Source: a virus
Taxonomy: Duplodnaviria; Caudoviricetes
Direction: 5' to 3' (one strand)
Virus record (IMG/VR): IMGVR_UViG_3300042451_000960
Length of the DNA stretch: 64,000 bases
In this document: positions 17,671-26,915 of the stretch, piece after piece
How positions within the stretch are numbered: the stretch's first letter is position 1
Layout: every line of letters starts with the position of its first letter
Notes under the pieces: model-generated
The model's input: the letters and a program-made list of their open reading frames with translations, nothing else
The model's database searches: none
What the model was told of the DNA's origin: nothing
Made by a program: the position numbers and the translations under genes

Positions 17671-18083
17671 ATCTTTTGGTTTTCTCTCAAATAATGAACT
17701 AATTTAGTAAATGATTGTACTGCATTATCTGATGTTGTATCCATATCAAAAAAGTTTTCTTGCGGTTGTTCGTATTCGCACATTCTATCTTTCAATTTTT
17801 TCTTATTAGCATGTACATATATCTCTACTATACCATCACCGCATTTATTTTTGAATTCCTCTCTTTGTTTTAAATCAGGCGATGTGATAGAAACTACAAC
17901 ATCACAATTATTATTATTTAAAAAGGCTGAAATTATTTGTGCTTCATTTATATCAAACGTATCGTTATCAATATGAAAGACATCCTTTCTCCAATTACGT
18001 TTTTCCGTTTGGAGAAGTTCTTTAAGTTTGTTTGCTTGTATTGTTTTGCCCGTACCCGGCTGCCCCGTAAACCAATATATCAT
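17667..18083 (-). CDS. Adenylylsulfate-kinase-like P-loop protein (shortened)
   Basis: IYWFTGQPGTGKT, VVVSITSP...REEFK...VEIYV, YEQP; lid region apparently missing. Confidence 0.6.
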   Translation of the reverse strand: MIYWFTGQPGTGKTIQANKLKELLQTEKRNWRKDVFHIDNDTFDINEAQIISAFLNNNNCDVVVSITSPDLKQREEFKNKCGDGIVEIYVHANKKKLKDRMCEYEQPQENFFDMDTTSDNAVQSFTKLVHYLRENQKI

Positions 18084-18130
18084 AACTTTGTTTTACATAA
18101 GTATTTTATTTTAAAATAATTTAAAATAAA

Positions 18131-20521
18131 TTATGCTACTTGTGTTACAGTTGCTATGATGGCTGGCGCTATAGGTCTAACAGGAACCAATGAACTACTA
18201 ACACTTGCTAATTCTAAATTAGTATCCGAAGTTGCATATCGTAACTCCATATAACTACCAGATTCCATAGTATATATTAAATTCATTGAACCAATACTAT
18301 ATCCGTTATTAGCTACACCAAATACGGAGTTAGAATACTCAACATCAGTTCCATTTTTTGCAAACCAAGTATGAAGGGTTGCAATCTGATTATCGTTAGT
18401 ATCCATTTGAATACTATATTGGAAGTTGTAAATACCAGTATGTTCAAAAACTATTTTCGTATAAGTATTCGCGCCAGCGCTTCCACTTAAATACATACCA
18501 CTTTTTACATATAATGGTGATACTCCATTAACAAAAGATGCGGAATACAATTGGTTTTGTGTTAGTAATAACGAACCCGTATTTACCAATGATAGGAAAT
18601 TAAACTGCTTCTGTCTATTTTTGTAAAAATCACCATCAACATACATTGAACCAGTAAAGTATGATGAACCCGTTACGGTCATTATTGAATTTTGGAAGTG
18701 CGTGCTACCACTTACAAAAACAGAACCACTTAATACAGTATTACCAATTAGCGTGTTGTCTCCAGTTTGAACGGTTGACCCACTCATTTGAATACTACCA
18801 CTTAATATAGTGTTACCAATTAGTGTGCTTAATCCACTTTGTATCATTGAACCGGTTAAGTTAAATGAACCACTAATTGTTTGAGTACCATAAAAAGTGT
18901 TTGCCGATGCGGTTTCTGCAAATTTATAATAGTTTGATATTTGGGTTGATGAAGATACAATATCTACTGCTTTTAATGAAGCAGTATATAATTCTATTGC
19001 CGAAATTTCTCCTTTTATAGAACCAGTTGATTCATATAAATTTGAGTTTAAAGCAAATACATCATAGTTTTGTATTTGAGTTGATGATGAAACAATAGCT
19101 ACTGCTTTTAATGAAGCAGTGTAAGATTCTATATTATTTAATTCAATTCTAGCTGAACCTGTAAATGTATTAATAGCTGTTACTATTTCATCATAAGCTA
19201 TCGGTCTCCATTTAGAATCCGTATAACCCATAATTTTTGCTTCACTTGAATTATAAATCAACTGTCCCTCACCTAATACTAAACTATTGGTTTGAGCGTT
19301 TGTAAAAGATGCCAACCTAAGTGATGATGATGAAATTAATACTACAGTTGCTGCTGTCAAACTTAACGATGATGGAGAAACAATTTCAGGATTTGCTGAT
19401 TGTGATAAATAAACCCCAGATGCACTTACAAATTCACTAATATGTGCTTTACCATAAACGGATAAAGTATTTGTTACTGCATCAAATGTAAGATTAGTTT
19501 CAACACTTCCACTTCCAGCCGGTAAATAAGTTATTAGACCATTATTTGTACTGCCTGATAATGGAAGTAAACTTGTACCCGATGAACCACTACTACCGCT
19601 TGAGCCACTTGTACCATTTTCACCAGATGAGCCGCTTGTGCCAGATGTACCGCTTGTGCCAGAAGTTCCTGGCGAACCATTACCGGAAGTTCCGCTTGTA
19701 CCGCTTGAGCCGCTCGAGCCAGATGTACCAGCACCATCAGTACCGCTACTACCCGATGACCCACTACTTCCGCTTGAGCCGCTTGTACCGCTTGAGCCAC
19801 TACTTCCGCTTGAACCATCAGTACCAGGCAATCCCGGACCACCGCTAGAACCTGATGACCCACTTGAGCCATCACTTCCTTGTGAACCATTTGTACCCGA
19901 TGAGCCGCTAGAACCTGATGAACCAGGTAATCCACTACTACCAGAAGAACCAGATGTACCATTTACACCACTTGTACCAGAATCTCCCGAAATTCCGCTT
20001 GAACCGCTTGAACCGCTTGAACCGCTTGAACTACTTTCTCCACTTGAGCCGCTTGAACCAGAAGAACCAGGTGAACCTTGTACACCATTCACTCCAGATG
20101 AACCAGAACTTCCCGAAGTTCCAAAGAATGTACCATTTTCTCCATTTACACCAGATGTCCCACTTTGACCGGATGAACCACTTGAGCCGCTTGAACCACT
20201 ACTACCACTTTCTCCTGAACTACCCGATGAGCCGCTTGAACCGCTTGAACCATCAGTACCATTTTGTGATAAACCACTACTACCAGATGAACCAGATGAA
20301 CCTGCACTTGCATTAGTACCGCTAGAGCCACTTGAGCCACTACTTCCGTTTGACCCACTTGTACCACTACTTCCGCTTGAACCAGATGAGCCACCTGAGC
20401 CAGCAGAACCGCCAGTACCGGATGTTCCAATATTTATCAAATTTTCAAGATAAGAAAAGTTGGCATCCATTTCGGAAGCTGTAAGTGGAGAGCCTTTAGG
20501 AATTCTTAATATTAATGACAT
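18131..20521 (-). CDS. Tail-fibre-like virion protein with a long Gly-Ser-Ser repeat domain
   Basis: N-terminal LRIPKGSPLTASEMDANF (fibre-like anchor), ~285 aa of G-S/T-S triplets, SGS/TGS beta-repeat region, C-terminal globular domain. Confidence 0.7.
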   Translation of the reverse strand: MSLILRIPKGSPLTASEMDANFSYLENLINIGTSGTGGSAGSGGSSGSSGSSGTSGSNGSSGSSGSSGTNASAGSSGSSGSSGLSQNGTDGSSGSSGSSGSSGESGSSGSSGSSGSSGQSGTSGVNGENGTFFGTSGSSGSSGVNGVQGSPGSSGSSGSSGESSSSGSSGSSGSSGISGDSGTSGVNGTSGSSGSSGLPGSSGSSGSSGTNGSQGSDGSSGSSGSSGGPGLPGTDGSSGSSGSSGTSGSSGSSGSSGSSGTDGAGTSGSSGSSGTSGTSGNGSPGTSGTSGTSGTSGSSGENGTSGSSGSSGSSGTSLLPLSGSTNNGLITYLPAGSGSVETNLTFDAVTNTLSVYGKAHISEFVSASGVYLSQSANPEIVSPSSLSLTAATVVLISSSSLRLASFTNAQTNSLVLGEGQLIYNSSEAKIMGYTDSKWRPIAYDEIVTAINTFTGSARIELNNIESYTASLKAVAIVSSSTQIQNYDVFALNSNLYESTGSIKGEISAIELYTASLKAVDIVSSSTQISNYYKFAETASANTFYGTQTISGSFNLTGSMIQSGLSTLIGNTILSGSIQMSGSTVQTGDNTLIGNTVLSGSVFVSGSTHFQNSIMTVTGSSYFTGSMYVDGDFYKNRQKQFNFLSLVNTGSLLLTQNQLYSASFVNGVSPLYVKSGMYLSGSAGANTYTKIVFEHTGIYNFQYSIQMDTNDNQIATLHTWFAKNGTDVEYSNSVFGVANNGYSIGSMNLIYTMESGSYMELRYATSDTNLELASVSSSLVPVRPIAPAIIATVTQVA
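19570..20430. repeat. Coding tandem repeats (9-nt units such as GAACCGCTT/GAGCCGCTT encoding SSG)
   Basis: For example CCGCTTGAA x4 at ~19995-20030; degenerate copies throughout. Confidence 0.85.
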
Positions 20522-20587
20522 GGTTCTTTTATGTTATTTTTGTAATGTTATAACAGTAAATATATTCAAATACTAAAAGAAATGATT

Positions 20588-20860
20588 TTAATCTTGAGAA
20601 AATCCCCTTTTCTTCTTCTTAGTTCCCAATGCTGATTCAGAAAGTGTTCCGATAGCAATTTTGTCCAAAATTACTTCTCTTTGATTTCTACGAATAGCCT
20701 TTTGTTTTTCTTCTCTCTTTTGAGTTGTGGGCTTAGTGTATTCCTTTCGGTTTTTTAATTCTATTATATGCCCAGACTTAATAACCTTTCTTTTGAATTC
20801 TTTAAGAGCCTTATTTATGTCCTGCTTTGTACAGTCCACTATAACTATTGATACTCCCAT
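20588..20860 (-). CDS. rpsU: Ribosomal protein bS21 (phage-encoded)
   Basis: DINKALKEFKRKVIKSGHIIELKNRKEYTKPTTQKRE matches the bS21 pattern. Confidence 0.85.
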   Translation of the reverse strand: MGVSIVIVDCTKQDINKALKEFKRKVIKSGHIIELKNRKEYTKPTTQKREEKQKAIRRNQREVILDKIAIGTLSESALGTKKKKRGFSQD

Positions 20861-20863
20861 ATA

Positions 20864-21595
20864 TTATTTAATTTGTTGTATAGCTGCTTTATAAACTTTG
20901 GAGTCTTTATCATAACGTAAAGCAGATGCAATTTTTATATCTTTGTTTGTTTCAGGATTTTTAATTCTTTTATTTAAAATCGTATCTTTTTCTTTTTGTG
21001 ATTTCTGCATAAAAGAATGCCAATTTTGTGATATTGGATTAAATACTTTAGGTTGAGATTCTTCTTTTGATTTTACATGCTGAATCTTTTGTTTTATGTT
21101 TGGGTACTTTTTTAATCTTTTTCGTACTGCCTCAACATTTTTAATTGAATCATCTACAAAGAAAACATCATCATACTTCTCATCCCTTACTTTTGCTTCA
21201 ATCCAGTCTGCTTTCTTTTCAGGATCAGCATCACCTAAAGCAACAACATTTAAATTACGAATTCCTAAATCTCTAATAAAGTCATAAACAGGTTTATATG
21301 CACTCCTAGCAGTAAGAATGTAAATAGTTCTACCGCTATCAGATGCAGACATTCTTTTTAATAATTCAAAATACCCTTTAATTAACTTTGGATTTGATAC
21401 CTTTTGAAAATCGGCATAATCAAATACATCACCAGGTCTTTCTTTGTAAACAGCATATTGACCAGGACTTAATTTTGATTTCTTACCATCTTTATGAGTT
21501 ACATATATAAAAGAAGATGTTTTGACAAGTGTATCATCAAAATCAAATACCCTTAACTTCTTATCTTCAGTAAATAAAGTTCTTGAGATTGGCAT
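20864..21595 (-). CDS. HAD-family phosphatase (RNA-repair HAD-like) with C-terminal extension
   Basis: RVFDFDDTL, YILTAR and FFVDDS motifs. Confidence 0.7.
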   Translation of the reverse strand: MPISRTLFTEDKKLRVFDFDDTLVKTSSFIYVTHKDGKKSKLSPGQYAVYKERPGDVFDYADFQKVSNPKLIKGYFELLKRMSASDSGRTIYILTARSAYKPVYDFIRDLGIRNLNVVALGDADPEKKADWIEAKVRDEKYDDVFFVDDSIKNVEAVRKRLKKYPNIKQKIQHVKSKEESQPKVFNPISQNWHSFMQKSQKEKDTILNKRIKNPETNKDIKIASALRYDKDSKVYKAAIQQIK

Positions 21596-21604
21596 TAAAA
21601 CCTA

Positions 21605-21895
21605 TTATTTTAATTTAATTACAATAAATCCTTCAGTAGCTCCACCAGTACCTAATCGTATAGGTCCTCTATCACCAACGGGAGCTGCTAACATTGCTGC
21701 TGGTATAGCTTCAATTAAATCATCTACCATTTGATTTAATCTGGTCTTAGAATAAAAATCACCCGGAGCTACAATCCACATTTTATCCTTAAAGTGCTCA
21801 AGACGAACTTTACTACCTAAAGTTTGTTTTACTATCTTTTCCAATTTAGGATTAGATACTTCTACTAATAATGATTTAAGTGATACATTTGCCAT
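21605..21895 (-). CDS. Hypothetical protein
   Basis: ORF track; begins SLKSLLVE. Confidence 0.6.
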   Translation of the reverse strand: MANVSLKSLLVEVSNPKLEKIVKQTLGSKVRLEHFKDKMWIVAPGDFYSKTRLNQMVDDLIEAIPAAMLAAPVGDRGPIRLGTGGATEGFIVIKLK

Positions 21896-21898
21896 TTC

Positions 21899-22210
21899 TT
21901 ATCCGTTTAATAATTTTTTGTTTCTTGGAGTCTTTACTAATTTATCATTCTCTTTGGTAAGGAATTCCACTTTAACACTCAATTCAGCTACTTTAGCTGT
22001 CATATCCAAAACCATCTTTCGTAATTCATCCTTCTCTCTGGAAGATGCGGCGAGAAGTGCTTCTAATTTAGTAATACGGTCTTTGCAATCATGTCTGATA
22101 AACTCATCATCTTTCTCCTTACGCATTGCTCTCTTTTCATAGTAACGAAATGCGGTTGTTCCACTTAATACTGTGATTGCCGTTATTAATACCGAATATA
22201 TGTTTTCCAT
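21899..22210 (-). CDS. TM helix plus coiled-coil protein (holin-like architecture, unconfirmed)
   Basis: IYSVLITAITVLSG followed by a long heptad region. Confidence 0.55.
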   Translation of the reverse strand: MENIYSVLITAITVLSGTTAFRYYEKRAMRKEKDDEFIRHDCKDRITKLEALLAASSREKDELRKMVLDMTAKVAELSVKVEFLTKENDKLVKTPRNKKLLNG

Positions 22211-22537
22211 TTAGATGTCTTTTTGTGGTTCTTCTTCAGTTTGAGGTAACGCTGCTGCAACTCTTTCTTGTCCTTTCTTATCGAAGTATTCTTTTACATA
22301 CTTCAATCTCTTTTCGGTATCCAAAATTTCATGGTAGTCCATATCCATAAGGTCATTTAGAATCTGACCTCTATTTGATGTTTTCTTTCCAGTTACTACA
22401 ATAGCTACTTGCTTCTTTGTAGATGGAGTACCTCTATCATAGTATTTCATAATAGCTTTAAGGTGAGTATCGTTAATACCCATCTCTTTTATGAAGTTTT
22501 CTCTTATTATAGCTCTAATTTGCTCTTTTATATTCAT
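22211..22537 (-). CDS. Hypothetical protein
   Basis: ORF track; MNIKEQIRAIIRE. Confidence 0.6.
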   Translation of the reverse strand: MNIKEQIRAIIRENFIKEMGINDTHLKAIMKYYDRGTPSTKKQVAIVVTGKKTSNRGQILNDLMDMDYHEILDTEKRLKYVKEYFDKKGQERVAAALPQTEEEPQKDI

Positions 22538-22563
22538 TTCATCTAATTTTACGATAATAAATA

Positions 22564-23466
22564 TTAGATTTGAAGATTAGGTTGATTTTTTTGAATTAAT
22601 TTTGTAGCGAATGTTGAAATTTCTTGTCTTGCTATATCATAGGCCCTATCATAAAACTCCTTTTTCTTATCTATTGGTTTTATTTTATCAGCAAATTCAG
22701 GTACCCTATTAATATAATCCTCTGTTATATAAACCCCATCTAATACAAATTGTTGTACATTGTATCCTAATTTTATTGCTATCTTTCCGGCTTCCATCCC
22801 ATATGTATCTTCAGGCCCATATCCCCCAAATGATTCCGGAATATCTACTAATTCCCAAAATGATTTAGAATATAAAGTATGCATTCCACATCCAAATTTA
22901 AGTGTTGGAATTTGCTTTGCACTTATAAAATTAATTTTTTGATTGTATGTATTTTCAATAACTTCTTTTGAATCTATTGCATATCCAAATGGTTTATCTA
23001 AATATTCAGAATGTGTTAAGTAGTCCCAACTAGTATCCCACCATTTTGGTAAAGATGGAGATAATAAATAAATACCATCTAATTTGTAAGATACATCCAA
23101 TTGGTATCGTAACATATGTTCGTGAAACAGAATATCAGTATCACAAAATATAAATTGGTCATAATCCAATTTATAACTTTCTCTCTTTTGTTGTGTAGTT
23201 CCCCAACAAGATGTATCTAATATAATTTCATTTATATTTTTTAATCCATTAAAAAGAACACCAAATCTGGCTACAAAATATGATTGTTTGTATTCGCTAT
23301 TATCCCAATCTGTTAATTTTGGATTTAGGTTTAGTGTGGCTTTAATTGTAACATCATCATCGTTATTAAGATATTTAAAGGCTTTATGCATTTGAATCAT
23401 AAGTCTTTCAAACATTTCCATTTCGGATGGCATTACATGGATACAAATTAGGGTTCTTTTTTTCAT
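22564..23466 (-). CDS. GT-A-fold glycosyltransferase (putative)
   Basis: FIFCDTD DxD motif; FGGYGPED galactosyltransferase-C-like motif. Confidence 0.65.
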   Translation of the reverse strand: MKKRTLICIHVMPSEMEMFERLMIQMHKAFKYLNNDDDVTIKATLNLNPKLTDWDNSEYKQSYFVARFGVLFNGLKNINEIILDTSCWGTTQQKRESYKLDYDQFIFCDTDILFHEHMLRYQLDVSYKLDGIYLLSPSLPKWWDTSWDYLTHSEYLDKPFGYAIDSKEVIENTYNQKINFISAKQIPTLKFGCGMHTLYSKSFWELVDIPESFGGYGPEDTYGMEAGKIAIKLGYNVQQFVLDGVYITEDYINRVPEFADKIKPIDKKKEFYDRAYDIARQEISTFATKLIQKNQPNLQI

Positions 23467-24311
23467 AATGAATTTATATAATCTTTTAATTTATCGGTTG
23501 GTTTCCAATTTAATCTCTCCAAAGCATCGTTATTTTCTCTACAAGTTTCTCTATAATTACCTTTTTGGTTAGGCATATAAACTTTATCAACGCCAAACTT
23601 TTTAACAAACATATCAGCAACCTCATTAAGTGAATAGTTAAAACCAGTTCCCAACTCCCATGCATCTTCATGTGTTTCAGTTCCAAATCCTATTTTAATT
23701 AATCCATCAACAATATCATCAATATGAGTGAAATCTCTACGTTGTTTACCGTCACCAACAATAGTTATTGCTTTTTGTGTTATACATTGACCTCTCCACT
23801 TACCAATTACAGCTGCCCACTTACCATCAGTAATTTCGTATGGACCATACACATTATAAAATCTTGCAATCTCAATGTTAGTTCCAAATACTTTACGATA
23901 CATCTTACATACATCCTCACCTAACTTTTTATACATTGCGTAAGGTGATTGAAATGGGTCATGCCATTGTGAAGATGAACCACTATATACTACTTTTACA
24001 TTCCACTTTCTAGCCCAATCACATACAGCTTCAGTACCACTTACGTTTACTCTAAAGAAATCCGATGGAGTTTCAAATGATGGTTGTATTCTACTTAATG
24101 CTGCTAAGTGAAAGCATAAATCAACTTCATCGCCTTTGATAAAATCAATTTGCTCTACATTCATAGGAAGGTATCTTACTCCTTCAATTTGATTATCAAC
24201 CACTCCAACAGAATAATCATCTATTACAATTACTTTGTGCCCTTCTTCTTTTAACCTTTTTACTAAATTAGTTCCAACAAAACCAACTCCTCCTGTTACA
24301 ATTATATTCAT
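23463..24311 (-). CDS. NAD-dependent epimerase/dehydratase (extended SDR)
   Basis: TGGVGFVG, YAMYK (YxxxK), RFYNVYGP, RDFTHIDD. Confidence 0.92.
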   Translation of the reverse strand: MNIIVTGGVGFVGTNLVKRLKEEGHKVIVIDDYSVGVVDNQIEGVRYLPMNVEQIDFIKGDEVDLCFHLAALSRIQPSFETPSDFFRVNVSGTEAVCDWARKWNVKVVYSGSSSQWHDPFQSPYAMYKKLGEDVCKMYRKVFGTNIEIARFYNVYGPYEITDGKWAAVIGKWRGQCITQKAITIVGDGKQRRDFTHIDDIVDGLIKIGFGTETHEDAWELGTGFNYSLNEVADMFVKKFGVDKVYMPNQKGNYRETCRENNDALERLNWKPTDKLKDYINSL

Positions 24312-24312
24312 A

Positions 24313-25539
24313 TTAAAATACGTTTTTGAAAAATGGTGGGACCATATCTTTTGTCCTTAAATTAAGTATATGTATTTGGAATATATCCCATTCAAAACTA
24401 CCAATTGAATCCGTTTGTTGAATTATAAATGGTATGTTTTTTATAAACTGCCCATAGTGTTCATTTTTTAATTTAGAGCCATCAAACAATATTTGTACAT
24501 CACCTCTCATCAAATCTCCTATGTTATGAACCTTTTCTGATATTTTGAACATTGATTGATTTTCTTCGTTTGCTATATAAGCAGAAAAATCACAATCAAC
24601 GTAAATATGGTCACACCAAGGTTCTAAAACACCTAACAAATAAGGTGTACAATTATGAACTACAAATGAGGTATCGTATCTGTTTGGTACAATTGGCATC
24701 ATAAGTTCATCATGTAAAACATCAGTATGCCATTTTCTCCACCATTCTCTAAATTTGTTTTGACGAAGTTTTGTATATTCTTCAGAATCTTTTGGTTTAT
24801 ACCATTTTGTTCCATCTGGTAAATCAATTACCTTTTCTATTTCAATGCCATCTTTGAAACGTGAACCTCTACAAGTCATATGATATACAAAAGCATCTCT
24901 ACTTTGTATTAACTCATATTGCTGTAAATGAAATCTATTGAATATATCAGAATCTTCCAACTCCATTGGTGCGAATAAAAGGTCATGTCCACCAATACAA
25001 ACAAAATCTTCTTTATATAACATCCAAGGTGCAAAGATACCTTTTGTTGTTTTATCTTCCATCACATATTCGGTTTCATAAACGAACTTTTGGAATGCAC
25101 CATTATCAAATGATTCCGGCTCCATACCAAAATCCATTACATACTTTTCAGGACCAGGTGGATGTAATGGTGGTTCAATACGAGTTGCTGAAACTACGCT
25201 CATTGGTTTTAAATGTTTTAGCATATTCCCAACATAGTTTTGAGTTACAATCATATCCGAATGTAATATAGTTACTACCGGAGTTTCGGCTAATCTAATA
25301 CCAATATCATAAAGTACAGTATGTCCTACTCTATTATCAGAACCATTCCTATATGTTTTAATGTATGGTTTATTTAGGTTGTTTACCCATTCCCAAGTTC
25401 CATCATTAGAAGCATCATCTAATATTACTATGTTATGAGTATCCCCATAACAATCTTCAATACTATTAACTGCTTGCTTTAAATATTTTAAATTATTTCG
25501 GCAAGGTATAATAAATGTTATACGTTGATATTGTGCCAT
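24313..25539 (-). CDS. Glycosyltransferase family 2
   Basis: FIIPCRN, ILDDASNDGT, LHSDM, EDSD. Confidence 0.88.
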   Translation of the reverse strand: MAQYQRITFIIPCRNNLKYLKQAVNSIEDCYGDTHNIVILDDASNDGTWEWVNNLNKPYIKTYRNGSDNRVGHTVLYDIGIRLAETPVVTILHSDMIVTQNYVGNMLKHLKPMSVVSATRIEPPLHPPGPEKYVMDFGMEPESFDNGAFQKFVYETEYVMEDKTTKGIFAPWMLYKEDFVCIGGHDLLFAPMELEDSDIFNRFHLQQYELIQSRDAFVYHMTCRGSRFKDGIEIEKVIDLPDGTKWYKPKDSEEYTKLRQNKFREWWRKWHTDVLHDELMMPIVPNRYDTSFVVHNCTPYLLGVLEPWCDHIYVDCDFSAYIANEENQSMFKISEKVHNIGDLMRGDVQILFDGSKLKNEHYGQFIKNIPFIIQQTDSIGSFEWDIFQIHILNLRTKDMVPPFFKNVF

Positions 25540-26915
25540 TATTTGTTATAATTTTCTAAGTAATATTTTAAATCCTCAGGTGTTCCCAATCCCCACATTT
25601 TTTCAATGTTAAATGTTTTTACTTTCTTACCATCTTCAATTGCTTCATTAAATGTTGGACAAGTATAAAATTCGTTGTTAGTTCTGATGTTCTTATCAAT
25701 CATTTGTTCCGCATATTTAACATAGTCAGAACCTTTAGCCCAATAATAAACACCAACAGTTGCTATATCTGAAATTGGATTCTTCTCCGCAACTTCTGTT
25801 ACATATCCATAGTCATCTACTTTAGCGAATGACCATTTTGGATGTGTTGCTTTAAAAGTAACAATACCACCATCAACTTTTTGTTCAATCATCTTATACA
25901 TAAACTCATTTGAATCCCACTCTACAAATTGGTCAGAGTTTGCCATAACCAATGGAGCATCGTTATCAATATATTCTTTTGCTAATAGGGTTGTACAAGC
26001 AGCTCCCTCAGTCAAACCATCAACTTCTACAATCTTACAATTAGGAGTGATTAAGTTTAGGAGAGTATCTAAATTATACTTTTCTCTATGTTCTTTTTGT
26101 ACTACATAAATGTATGTAGCTTCTATATTTAAGTTATCCACTACAACCTGAATCATTGGTTTACCTTCCACATCAATTAGTGGTTTTGGAAATGTATAAC
26201 CTGCCTGTTGAAATCTACTTCCTGCTCCTGCCATTGGAATTAATACATTCATCTTACCACCTTGCCATTTTGGTGTACTCATACTTTTCTTTTCGTTTAA
26301 TTTGTTTGTTATTTTTTCCAATGTCAAATCATGCGGGTTATCTACTCTTAATACACTTGCTCTACTTCTACTTGCTGCCAATAACCCATGTGGAGAATCT
26401 TCTACAATTAGGGTTTCTTCCGGCAATACACCCATCATACTCATAGCCTTCCAATACATTTCAGGATGCGGTTTAGAGTTCTTTACATCCTCATTGGAGA
26501 GGATTAAGTCCATATACTCAATAAGACCTATCTTTGAAAGCATTACCAATACCGAGCGCCTAATTGAGTTTGAGCAACATGCGAGCTGATACCCCCTTTC
26601 CCTCAACTCATTAAATAGATAAACCAATATATGATTTGTTTGCAATTGTGATATTGCCTGAATTGTTAGGTGTTGTTTTCTAAACCAAATATTGTCATAA
26701 AACTCAGGATGTAGTCCTTTATTTTTTGTAAGTAGTTCTAATTTTTGGGTTGTCTTTAATCCATCATAAATTGAAAGATGCTCAGCTTCGGTAATAACAT
26801 ATTCATTACCTGTTACGATTTCAGTTTCTCTAAGAGCCTGATTAAGCGTATCGTAATGTATTTGTTTTGCTTCAACCAATACACCATCCAAATCAAATAT
26901 TATTAATTTTGTCAT
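25539..26915 (-). CDS. HAD phosphatase fused to a nucleotidyltransferase (BcbE-like/NTP-transferase)
   Basis: N-terminal FDLDGVL...KPHP...VEDS; C-terminal IPMAGAGSRF...PKPLI...GLGTPEDL. Confidence 0.88.
   Translation of the reverse strand: MTKLIIFDLDGVLVEAKQIHYDTLNQALRETEIVTGNEYVITEAEHLSIYDGLKTTQKLELLTKNKGLHPEFYDNIWFRKQHLTIQAISQLQTNHILVYLFNELRERGYQLACCSNSIRRSVLVMLSKIGLIEYMDLILSNEDVKNSKPHPEMYWKAMSMMGVLPEETLIVEDSPHGLLAASRSRASVLRVDNPHDLTLEKITNKLNEKKSMSTPKWQGGKMNVLIPMAGAGSRFQQAGYTFPKPLIDVEGKPMIQVVVDNLNIEATYIYVVQKEHREKYNLDTLLNLITPNCKIVEVDGLTEGAACTTLLAKEYIDNDAPLVMANSDQFVEWDSNEFMYKMIEQKVDGGIVTFKATHPKWSFAKVDDYGYVTEVAEKNPISDIATVGVYYWAKGSDYVKYAEQMIDKNIRTNNEFYTCPTFNEAIEDGKKVKTFNIEKMWGLGTPEDLKYYLENYNK

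Noticed and set aside
19534-20430. Overlapping ORFs in the repeat region (PEP/LEP-rich + strand ORF, VVV/QAV-rich - strand ORFs)
   Set aside because: Alternative-frame shadows of the G-S-S codon repeats in the 796-aa fibre gene.
19570-20430. Repeat array as a possible CRISPR
   Set aside because: Degenerate 9-nt in-frame coding units with no constant repeat/unique spacer structure and no cas genes.
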